Assembly: GCA_031256725.1 (NCBI GenBank)
Contig: JAIRQE010000021.1
Location: 60,001 to 92,000 of the forward strand
From: Propionibacteriaceae bacterium
Lineage (GTDB): Bacteria; Actinomycetota; Actinomycetes; Propionibacteriales; Propionibacteriaceae
DNA length: 32,000 bases
Reading direction: 5' to 3'
Position numbers and translations under genes: made by a program. The number at the start of each line of letters is the position of its first letter. The first letter of the stretch is position 1. A model generated the notes under the pieces. That model was not told the DNA's origin, searched no databases, and was given only the letters and a program-made list of their open reading frames with translations. This document shows, piece by piece, positions 6,353-14,404 of this stretch.

Positions 6353-9033
6353 ACGCCCACGCAGCAGAGTTGGCCCTGATTGCCCGCCGACTTGAGGAGA
6401 ACCCCAGAGCCTTCCGCGACATGTTTATCGCTGACGGTGTCTCCACGGTCGCCTCGGAATTCTCTCAAGAGTTGAATGCCGAGTTTGTGACGAAGCTGTG
6501 GGAGATACTTCTTGATGGGGGAGACGCGGCGAGTGCGTTGATGAGGTTCCTGTGGCACCTGCCTGTTGCTAAGCAACGTGTGTGGCTGCGAGGGGTGGAT
6601 ACCCACCTTTCTGAGCGTTATCCGATGTTCAAGGGTCTCTCGGATTCCTGGCCGGCGCAAAATGGGATGGGGCCCTATATTCGTACCCCTGAATCCAGAT
6701 CCAACGACTTCGAGCTCGTCAATCAGGGGTACATGGGGTACATGTCCATCGGGTACACCCTGCGCGAAGTTGAACTCTTTGTATGGTTGGAATCTCTGCG
6801 TGACAAGCAGTGTTCCGAGAAGCCCTGCGAGATCGGGAAACTCATCGAAGGACACAAGGAACGTAAGGGTGGATGTCCTGTACAAATACACATCCCGACG
6901 ATGTTCGAACTCATTGGTCTCGGCAAATTTGATGAAGCCCTCGCGATGTTGGAGGATTGCAACCCACTACCGAATGTGACTGGGCGTGTTTGCCCCCAGG
7001 AACTCCAATGCCAGGGTGTGTGCATCCACAAGCTGCCCATGTCGATTGGTCAGATCGAATGGTTCCTGCCTGAATGGGATAAGGCCGCCCATCCTGGTGA
7101 GGCTTTGGTTCGCGTTGAGGGTACCCCCGATCCGTGGCTGACAAGCACAAAGCCTCCCGTGGCTGTCGTCGGTTCTGGACCAGCCGGCCTGATCAACGCC
7201 TACTTGTTGGCGCGTGCCGGGTTCCCGGTGACCATCTTTGAGGCTTTCCATGAACTCGGTGGGGTACTCCGTTTCGGGATCCCCGAGTTCCGTTTACCCA
7301 ATCAGCTCATTGATGATGTTGTGGAGAAGATTCGCGCCCTCGGTGGTCGCTTCGTCACCAACTTCGTTGTCGGCAAGACAGCAACCCTTCAGGATCTCCA
7401 AGACGCCGGATTTGCTCGAATCTTTGTGGGTTCCGGCGCAGGTCTTCCGATGTTCCTGAATGTTCCAGGCGAGGAACTCCTTAACGTGATGAGCGCCAAC
7501 GAGTTCCTCACCCGCGTCAACCTCATGCACGCCAATCTCCACGAGTACAAGACCCCACTGCCCTATGTGGAGGGTCGCAGTGTGCTCGTGATTGGTGGTG
7601 GGAACACTGCCATGGATGCCGCACGTACAGCACGACGACTCGGTGGGAATGTGACCATCGTGTACCGTCGAACGAAATCCGAGATGCCCGCTCGTGAAGA
7701 GGAACTCCATCACGCGCTCGAAGAGGGGATCCAGGTCGCTGAGTTGCGAAACCCAGTCGAGTTCATCGGCAACGAGAACCACTTCGTGGAGAAGGCAGTG
7801 CTTGATGTGATGAAGCTCGGTGAGCCCGATGACTCTGGTCGTCGACGCCCGATCTCTACTGGTGGTACAGAAACCATGGATGCCTCGTTGGTCATCATGG
7901 CTCTCGGAAACTCCGTGAACCCGATCATCCGCGAATCCGAACCCAGGTTGGATGTCACCAAATGGGGTACAGTCATCCTCCGCAAGGATGCCCAAGAGAC
8001 CTCACTTGATGGTGTTTTCTCCGGTGGTGACGCGGCCCGTGGTGGCTCGACTGCCATCCGTGCAGCTGGTGACGGTCAGAGTGCCGCCCGCGAAATCATG
8101 ACTGCCACCGGAGTGATGGGAAACCGTACCAAAGCTCTCGAATTCACTGAGCGCGCTCAAACAGTTCCAGTGATCATAGCCAAGCGTGAACTCACTCCAG
8201 GGATCGTCGAATTCCGTGTACAGTCACCCGCAATCGCATCCTCGGCCCAGGCCGGGCAATTCGTACGCGTCCATCCTCGTGATCGCGGCGAACTCATCCC
8301 GCTGACCCTGGCCGATTGGAATGCTGATGAAGGCTGGATCGCCCTCGTTGTCCAAGCCATGGGTGTCAGTTCGATTGAGATCAACCAGATGGAAGTAGGA
8401 CAGTGCTTCGAGGGCATCGCTGGCCCTCTGGGTCGCCCCTCCCATCTAGAGAAGGTACCAGGCGGTCAAACTGTCGTATTCACCGCCGGTGGATTGGGGC
8501 TCCCCCCAGTCTTTCCGATCATGCGTGAACACCTACGTTTGGGCAACCATGTCACACTCATCGCTGGCTTCAGATCTAAGGACCTCATGTTCTGGACTGA
8601 GGAGGATGACTATGTGGGCCAGATGAAAGCCCAGTACGGCGACCTCCTGGACATCATCTATGCCACGAATGATGGATCCTATGGGATTGAGGGTTTCGTG
8701 ACCGTACCCTTGAAAGAGATGCTTGACAAGAAGCATCCCATTGCCAAGGTTGTGACCATTGGTCCACCCATGATGATGCGTTCAGTTTCCGACCTTACGA
8801 AGCCGTACGGTGTACTCACTGAGGCCAGTCTTAATGCGTTGATGGTTGACGCAACAGGGATGTGTGGTGCCTGTATGGTTCCCTACGAAGAGGATGGCAA
8901 ACTCGTACGCAAGCATGCCTGTGTGGATGGGCCCGAGTTGGAGGCTCATCGGATCGACTGGGACAAATTCCTTCCACGGTTTAACTTGTTTAAGACTCAG
9001 GAGATGGAAGCGCGTAGTCGTCACGGGTACTAG
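6349..9033 (+). CDS. fused NfnB/GltD-like (FAD/NAD(P), Fe-S) and NfnA/PyrK-like (FAD, 2Fe-2S) oxidoreductase with an extra N-terminal domain (894 aa)
   Basis: - GTG start overlaps the PFOR stop (GTGA).
- GltD-like motifs: GRVCPQELQCQGVC, VAVVGSGPAGL, VLVIGGGNTAMDAART.
- PyrK/NfnA-like C-terminal half: QFVRVHP...LIPLTLADW, TAGGLGLPP, MVDATGMCGACMV...ACVDGPE. Confidence 0.88.
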   Translation: MNAHAAELALIARRLEENPRAFRDMFIADGVSTVASEFSQELNAEFVTKLWEILLDGGDAASALMRFLWHLPVAKQRVWLRGVDTHLSERYPMFKGLSDSWPAQNGMGPYIRTPESRSNDFELVNQGYMGYMSIGYTLREVELFVWLESLRDKQCSEKPCEIGKLIEGHKERKGGCPVQIHIPTMFELIGLGKFDEALAMLEDCNPLPNVTGRVCPQELQCQGVCIHKLPMSIGQIEWFLPEWDKAAHPGEALVRVEGTPDPWLTSTKPPVAVVGSGPAGLINAYLLARAGFPVTIFEAFHELGGVLRFGIPEFRLPNQLIDDVVEKIRALGGRFVTNFVVGKTATLQDLQDAGFARIFVGSGAGLPMFLNVPGEELLNVMSANEFLTRVNLMHANLHEYKTPLPYVEGRSVLVIGGGNTAMDAARTARRLGGNVTIVYRRTKSEMPAREEELHHALEEGIQVAELRNPVEFIGNENHFVEKAVLDVMKLGEPDDSGRRRPISTGGTETMDASLVIMALGNSVNPIIRESEPRLDVTKWGTVILRKDAQETSLDGVFSGGDAARGGSTAIRAAGDGQSAAREIMTATGVMGNRTKALEFTERAQTVPVIIAKRELTPGIVEFRVQSPAIASSAQAGQFVRVHPRDRGELIPLTLADWNADEGWIALVVQAMGVSSIEINQMEVGQCFEGIAGPLGRPSHLEKVPGGQTVVFTAGGLGLPPVFPIMREHLRLGNHVTLIAGFRSKDLMFWTEEDDYVGQMKAQYGDLLDIIYATNDGSYGIEGFVTVPLKEMLDKKHPIAKVVTIGPPMMMRSVSDLTKPYGVLTEASLNALMVDATGMCGACMVPYEEDGKLVRKHACVDGPELEAHRIDWDKFLPRFNLFKTQEMEARSRHGY

Positions 9034-9228
9034 TTTGTGACTGTATTTCGTGGATGCATTATGCATTTGCAGAATTTGTGGCTGGTGTGTTTCTAGCAAT
9101 ATCGTTTCAGTTTTTGAAAAGGTATCTTAGGACTGTCTCCGGGGCATGAATGTTGGCAAAAACGAACCGATCCCGCTGTACTGAGTGTATGCTGATTCTC
9201 TAGGTTCCTCGCGGGGCAGGATGGGAGT

Positions 9229-10395
9229 ATGCGCATCGCAGTCTTGGGGGCTGGGTACGTTGGTTTTTCTAATGCTGTGGTCATGGCCCAGCATCATGAT
9301 GTGGTGGTTGTTGATGTTGACCCCGCCAAGGTACGAAGTATTACCCGCCAAGAGTCGCCTGTTTCAGAGATGGCGCTTTGTGAGTTTTTCAACAGTGTAC
9401 GCAGTTCCTTGGCGGCAACTACGATCCTGGGTGAGGCGGTGGAGGGTGCGGACTGGGTGATTATTGCTACCCCGACTGACTATGATCCGAGGACTCGGCA
9501 TTTCGATACATCGTCGGTGGAGGAGTGTATTGCCCAGACACTTCAGGTTAATCCCGAGGTCGGGATTGCTATTCGGTCAACAATTCCGGTGGGGTTCACT
9601 GATCGGATGAGGCAACAGTATGGGAGTACGCGAATCCTATTTGTCCCTGAATTTCTTCGGGAGGGACAGGCTCTGGAGGATTCCCTGAATCCGTCACGAA
9701 TCATCGTGGGGGATCTCAATGAGGATGCTGAAGCTTTTGCTGGGATTCTAAGACAGGCATGCGCTCGTTCGGATGTACCCATGTTGTTCACTGGTACCCG
9801 TGAAGCGGAAGCCATCAAGTTATTTGCGAACTCCTATTTGGCCTTGCGGGTTGCGTATTTTAATGAGATTGACACCTATGCGATCTCGCAGGGGCTTGAT
9901 ATCCACTCCATCATTATGGGGGTCGGCTTGGATCTGCGCATTGGTACCCACTACAACAATCCATCGTTCGGATACGGAGGTTACTGTCTGCCCAAGGATA
10001 CGAAACAGCTTCTCGACAACTATTCGGGGATCCCCCAAGATCTGATCTCGGCAGTGGTACGGGCCAATGAGACCCGCCAGACCTTCATTGCCTACGACAT
10101 CCTGGCTCGAAATCCGAAGACTGTTGGAATCTATCGCCTCATCATGAAAGCTGACTCCGACAACTATCGTTCCTCATCTGTTCTGGGGGTCATTGAGGTA
10201 CTCAAGGAGTCCGATGTCACGGTTGTGATCTATGAGCCCATTGCTCGCGGATCACGGGTGGCTGACTGCGAGATCATTGAGGATCTTGCTGAGTTCAAAC
10301 GCAGAAGCGATGTCATCGTGGCGAATCGCAGGTCTGTGGATCTTGGAGACGTGGCTGCGAAGGTGTACACCAGGGATCTGTACTCCAGAGATTGA
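9229..10395 (+). CDS. ugd: UDP-glucose 6-dehydrogenase
   Basis: N-terminal Rossmann motif MRIAVLGAGYVG, catalytic-Cys motif GYGGYCLPKD, and a length of 388 aa typical of the UDP-glucose/GDP-mannose dehydrogenase family. Confidence 0.9.
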   Translation: MRIAVLGAGYVGFSNAVVMAQHHDVVVVDVDPAKVRSITRQESPVSEMALCEFFNSVRSSLAATTILGEAVEGADWVIIATPTDYDPRTRHFDTSSVEECIAQTLQVNPEVGIAIRSTIPVGFTDRMRQQYGSTRILFVPEFLREGQALEDSLNPSRIIVGDLNEDAEAFAGILRQACARSDVPMLFTGTREAEAIKLFANSYLALRVAYFNEIDTYAISQGLDIHSIIMGVGLDLRIGTHYNNPSFGYGGYCLPKDTKQLLDNYSGIPQDLISAVVRANETRQTFIAYDILARNPKTVGIYRLIMKADSDNYRSSSVLGVIEVLKESDVTVVIYEPIARGSRVADCEIIEDLAEFKRRSDVIVANRRSVDLGDVAAKVYTRDLYSRD

Positions 10396-10417
10396 TCTCC
10401 TGTTGTATCCTGGTTTC

Positions 10418-11500
10418 ATGGACTTGGAAGGGCAAAGGCCCCTAGGTGGAGATCAAGGAGAATTGTATGCGCCCCCACCGCTTGTACCTTCTGATCCTGC
10501 GCCGGTACCTCCGGTGGCTGAGTCTCTAGCTGTGTGGCCGCAGACCTATGAGTCCTTTCCCGTTGAGGATCCTCCCAAGAAGTCGACATGGTTGAGGAAT
10601 CCATCCGGGTTCGTTGTTTTCCTGGTGGTGGGCCTTGTTGGGATAATCACTTACACGGTGGGCACGATCACTAGCCCATGGATTTCGAACATGGATGGCT
10701 CCGTGGTTGTTGAGCCAGTTGAGGGAACCGATTGGTGGTTCGTCGAGTTGGGGGAGGATGTGATTCCCAGCATCCAGGAGGTTGTGAACGAAGACTATCG
10801 AGCGAGTTCCTATGATGAACTCACGGACAATTACCTCATAGTGCATTACACGGTTTCTGTCACGGGTGAGGACCTTGAGACCTACATCCGATTCCTGGTT
10901 GATAATGAGGGTTTCCGTATCGCGCTCTACTCAGACTTCACTCGGTCTCCTGGTAGGGCGTACCTATGGAAACCCTCTGCGGAGACAGACAAGGCTCTCA
11001 CCATAGGTATCTGGTACGGTGTGGATGCTAGTGGCAAGGTTAACTGTGGGATTACGTACTTCCTTGACCCGAAACCCGAACCAGACGAACAACCATTGTT
11101 TTTCCACTACAAGAGACCACCGGGCTGGGAGATAAGTGTGGGTACATTTGAGTGGCTGGTTTTTGAAAAGGATGAGTCTGAGATCGTCCTTGTCAACGAC
11201 AGGGCCTTCGATTTGTGGGATGGGTCACCGCAGACTTGGGAAGAATGGACTGATCATTCGCGGGTGGCCCTTGACAGTCATGGTGTGTACTCCGAGATCA
11301 CCGAGAATGAGCGGATCACTGTCGGGGTTCATGAGGGGATTGAGTACCACTACACCGTCGCCGAAACTGGGTACGAAGGAAGGGTTTTCGCCGTACCGAA
11401 TTCCCATGATGTCCTCAGTGTCCGATGTACTATTCCCAAGGATCGGGACAAGGAAATGAGGGACTGTACTGACCTGATCGAGAGTATCGAATTCACTTAG
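10418..11500 (+). CDS. membrane-anchored hypothetical protein (Pro-rich N-terminus, 1 TM, about 250-aa extracytoplasmic domain); paralogue of the next gene
   Basis: ATG at 10418 is the first start after the ugd stop; the 10232 start would overlap ugd by 164 nt. TM segment: FVVFLVVGLVGIITYTVGTI. Shares FLVxNEGFR, LWxxS and C-terminal C...C..xxES blocks with 11702..12928. Confidence 0.7.
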   Translation: MDLEGQRPLGGDQGELYAPPPLVPSDPAPVPPVAESLAVWPQTYESFPVEDPPKKSTWLRNPSGFVVFLVVGLVGIITYTVGTITSPWISNMDGSVVVEPVEGTDWWFVELGEDVIPSIQEVVNEDYRASSYDELTDNYLIVHYTVSVTGEDLETYIRFLVDNEGFRIALYSDFTRSPGRAYLWKPSAETDKALTIGIWYGVDASGKVNCGITYFLDPKPEPDEQPLFFHYKRPPGWEISVGTFEWLVFEKDESEIVLVNDRAFDLWDGSPQTWEEWTDHSRVALDSHGVYSEITENERITVGVHEGIEYHYTVAETGYEGRVFAVPNSHDVLSVRCTIPKDRDKEMRDCTDLIESIEFT

Positions 11501-11522
11501 TTGGATCTCTTCGATGGGTGGG

Positions 11523-11546
11523 TGTTAGGGGACGTATCTCCTGACA
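11523..11546 (+). promoter_or_regulatory. 24-nt hairpin element TGTTAGGGGA-CGTA-TCTCCTGACA (copy 2); possible terminator or leader structure
   Basis: Same right arm and loop as copy 1. The left-arm changes (CG to TA) keep both pairs: C-G becomes U-G and G-U becomes A-U. It lies 22 nt after the stop of 10418..11500, is followed by CTTTGAT, and is 156 nt upstream of the 11702 start. Confidence 0.5.
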
Positions 11547-11701
11547 CTTTGATCAGGGTACCCCACCCCTGCGCTTGTCTTCCAGGACGCACCTTGGTCC
11601 GGGTAGTCACCCCAGTTTCCTTGTGAGACCATTGATGAAGATGATAGTGCTCTTCGTGGAGGGACTTCCTCTAGGGATGTCCGGGAGAAACAAGGAGGAT
11701 C

Positions 11702-12928
11702 GTGGTCAAGATCTGCCAGCACTGCCAGGTGGAGTCCGCTAGTACGGCCTACCTGTGTAAGGGGTGTGGGCGTGTCCTACGACCCCCCGGTACGATGACC
11801 CCGACTCGAAAGGTACCAGGTCGAGCCGTCGGAGATGGTACCCCCCGGCGCGGATTGGGTGTCGAGTCCAGACTTCCGGCGGGCTATGAATCCGCCGTAC
11901 CATCGCGGGGGAATGCAGATGAACCGAGTGGCTCTGAACCAAGTATCCACAGTCACCAAAGAGTTCAGTCCGAACCCTCGAATGAACCTAACGTAGAAGC
12001 TGATCTGGTCCAGAACGGGGGATTGGATCGACCCAGGTTTGTGGCTCCCGTGGTACCAAAGAAGAAAAATCAGGCTCTTCGGCGACTTCTTGCCCTTGGG
12101 ATAGCATGGGTATTAGTCCTTGTGGGGGTCTCTTTCCTCTATGTACATAGTATGGGGCGGCTCGATTTTTACACCCTTGGTGAGGATCAGATCACCTCGG
12201 TTAAGGGTGTCGTGGGCGCTCGACATGTGTATGAGTGGCATCGGGAATCCCATGAGTGGTCGTGGCGGTTGAACCTGGATTATCGTGTTCCTCGCGAAGC
12301 GACAAGGGACGTGGAAGCATATAGTGCCTTCCTGGTGGCCAACGAGGGATTCCGTGTTGTGGAGGCTCCCGATTTCGAGCAGCCCACTGGGGTGGTTGTC
12401 CTGTGGCGTGAATCAGAGAATCCTTTCGAAGACGTGATAGTGAGGATTCGCTATTGTGAATCGGGGTACACGTTGGAGTTCCTCAAGAACAGGCGTTCTT
12501 CTGAGTTGGTGCCCGCTCTTGATCCTGGGGCTGAGAGTGCCATTACTCTTCGCATCGAACCTGTTGAGGGATGGACCTCGGTCGGGGGTTCCACGGAACT
12601 TGAATACTCGTCTGACAAGGGTTTTTTTGGGATAGGGGTACGCTACCTTCCATCCGGGATGACTGCCAAAGAGTATGTTGAGGGGGTACATCAGGCGGCT
12701 TCGGCAAACTCCGTTGAGCGTACGAGTGTCACTGAAATGAGTGAGGTCTCGGTTGTAGGATTCAATGGGTGGGAATTCTTCAGGACCGTTGGGGTTGTGG
12801 AAACCCGAGAAACCTTCCTCCATGATGGCCCCCGAATCTACCGAGTCTCATGCATCCTCATGTCAAAATCATCCGATGAGGATTACGGGCAATGTACGGA
12901 AATGATGGAGTCTCTCACTACGTCATGA
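11702..12928 (+). CDS. zinc-ribbon / single-TM / extracytoplasmic-domain hypothetical protein; paralogue of the previous gene
   Basis: GTG start with a strong AAGGAGGA Shine-Dalgarno at 11692-11699. N-terminal CxxC-x10-CxxC (CQHC...CKGC), a disordered linker, and TM segment LLALGIAWVLVLVGVSFLYV. The C-terminal domain aligns by eye with 10418..11500. Confidence 0.8.
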   Translation: MVKICQHCQVESASTAYLCKGCGRVLRPPGTMTPTRKVPGRAVGDGTPRRGLGVESRLPAGYESAVPSRGNADEPSGSEPSIHSHQRVQSEPSNEPNVEADLVQNGGLDRPRFVAPVVPKKKNQALRRLLALGIAWVLVLVGVSFLYVHSMGRLDFYTLGEDQITSVKGVVGARHVYEWHRESHEWSWRLNLDYRVPREATRDVEAYSAFLVANEGFRVVEAPDFEQPTGVVVLWRESENPFEDVIVRIRYCESGYTLEFLKNRRSSELVPALDPGAESAITLRIEPVEGWTSVGGSTELEYSSDKGFFGIGVRYLPSGMTAKEYVEGVHQAASANSVERTSVTEMSEVSVVGFNGWEFFRTVGVVETRETFLHDGPRIYRVSCILMSKSSDEDYGQCTEMMESLTTS

Positions 12929-12940
12929 ATCCTGGGGGTG

Positions 12941-12964
12941 TGTCAGGGTACGAATCTTCCTAGA
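12941..12964 (+). repeat. degenerate third copy of the hairpin element (TGTCAGGGTACGAATCTTCCTAGA)
   Basis: About 17/21 matches to copy 2 with one indel, but the stem is largely lost. It lies 13 nt after the stop of 11702..12928. Confidence 0.35.
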
Positions 12965-12983
12965 TGTGCGAAGTTTGAAGAGT

Positions 12984-14186
12984 TTAGGTCGGATTGATGG
13001 GTACGTACCCAGTGTCTTCGATAAGGCGCTGGCCTTGGGGGGAGAGAATCCAGTCAACGAGCTCCTTGGTTGTACCCGTGGGCTCGCCAACAGTCACAGC
13101 ATAGAAGTCACCTACGAAAGGATAGGTACCATTGTGGATGGTCTCGGTCGTGGGCATTACCCCATCGACACCAAGGAGTTTGGTATCCGGGTTGGAGTAC
13201 ATTGTTGTCGCGAAGTACCTATAGGAGTAGCCGAGCGCAGGTTGTACCCCTTGCCATTCGACCGAGACCTGTTGTACCAGAGAATTCTCCCCAAGAAGGC
13301 TCGGATCGGGCAGCGGTTGGGGTACCTGAATGGGAATCTGACGCCCAATGAAAGCCGCAAGACCGGTCTGGCTACCTGAACCTTCAGGGCGTTGGAAGGC
13401 GATAATTTGGCCACCCTCGTTCCAGCCAAGAGTACGCCACTGGGAAGTTTTGCCGGAGTAGATCGCGCGCAACTGATCCTGGGATACTTCGGTGATGGGG
13501 TTATCTTTGCCCACGAGGAAGACAAAGGCCTCGCGCCCAATCGGAGTGAACACCAACTCGATCCCAGCCTGGCGAGCGGCTTCTCTCTGCTTCTGGGAGG
13601 CCTGAGCCACGAAGATCACATCAGCCTCACCGGTCATCAGCGCCTCAAAAGAACCGCGGGTGTTGGTACACACAACGTCATCCTCGGTGAAAGTCTGTCG
13701 GTCGTAAGCGGCTTCAGCGAAGGCCGAATAGAGGGGGTACGAGGCGGTCGCGCCATCGAGTTTGGGGAGGTTTCCGGTCAGGGTGAGGTCCGATTTCTCG
13801 TCTAGTTTCACGGTGAGGGAACCCTCGAGGAAGGGGGCGTACAAGGTGAGGTCCGGGGCAGCCTCACCGGTAGTGGAGGCGGTCGGGTTGATCCACCAGT
13901 TCCCACGAAGTGCATTAGGGAAAAGCGCGACGGATGCGACAAGGATAATGGCAAGAATGATCGTGGATGCGCGGTTACTACGGTGGCGGATCCATGTCAG
14001 GGCAATAATCATGGCGACTGCAGTGGCGATGAGAACAACCGGGATCATACCCACGATATTGTCGGTGACGTGGAATTGGGAGAGGTACTCGAAGTGTTCG
14101 AGGATGATCAAACCGATGACCAGCGCGGCGATTGAAATGGTGATTTTCAGAACTGTCCCTATGGGCAGTGCATTGCGACGAATCAT
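12984..14186 (-). CDS. PstS-family (PBP_like_2) substrate-binding domain protein with an N-terminal 3-TM anchor
   Basis: Binding-domain motifs LDGATASYPLYS and QRPEGSGSQTG, plus IFVAQASQKQ. Three hydrophobic helices lie in the first about 95 aa. Confidence 0.75.
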   Translation of the reverse strand: MIRRNALPIGTVLKITISIAALVIGLIILEHFEYLSQFHVTDNIVGMIPVVLIATAVAMIIALTWIRHRSNRASTIILAIILVASVALFPNALRGNWWINPTASTTGEAAPDLTLYAPFLEGSLTVKLDEKSDLTLTGNLPKLDGATASYPLYSAFAEAAYDRQTFTEDDVVCTNTRGSFEALMTGEADVIFVAQASQKQREAARQAGIELVFTPIGREAFVFLVGKDNPITEVSQDQLRAIYSGKTSQWRTLGWNEGGQIIAFQRPEGSGSQTGLAAFIGRQIPIQVPQPLPDPSLLGENSLVQQVSVEWQGVQPALGYSYRYFATTMYSNPDTKLLGVDGVMPTTETIHNGTYPFVGDFYAVTVGEPTGTTKELVDWILSPQGQRLIEDTGYVPINPT

Positions 14187-14404
14187 TGTTTTTCCTTCAA
14201 TGTTTCTTGGCCCCCGCGTTATTGGGTCTTCATCATCTTGGTACGGCCCTCGCTGTTTAGCGAAGGACTCCTATCCATCTGAGCGTTTCCTTGGTTATTC
14301 TGTTTCATGTATCCTCCTCCACGTCGCAGGATCCAGATAGTCGATCAGATGATACGAGTATGAAGATCTTGACAGGATTCGGGTCTGGGCGAATTCTTCT
14401 AACG

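Noticed and set aside
6181-8445. Antisense ORFs opposite the Nfn-like gene: 6181..6891(-) 236 aa, 7294..7995(-) 233 aa, 7710..8057(-) and 8157..8445(-).
   Set aside because: Same reasoning. The plus-strand frame carries GltD/PyrK motifs throughout, and the antisense products have no recognisable features.
10232-10417. Longest-ORF start (10232) for the first membrane paralogue.
   Set aside because: It would overlap ugd by 164 nt in another frame, and the extra residues look like out-of-frame ugd sequence. The ATG at 10418 follows the ugd stop by 22 nt.
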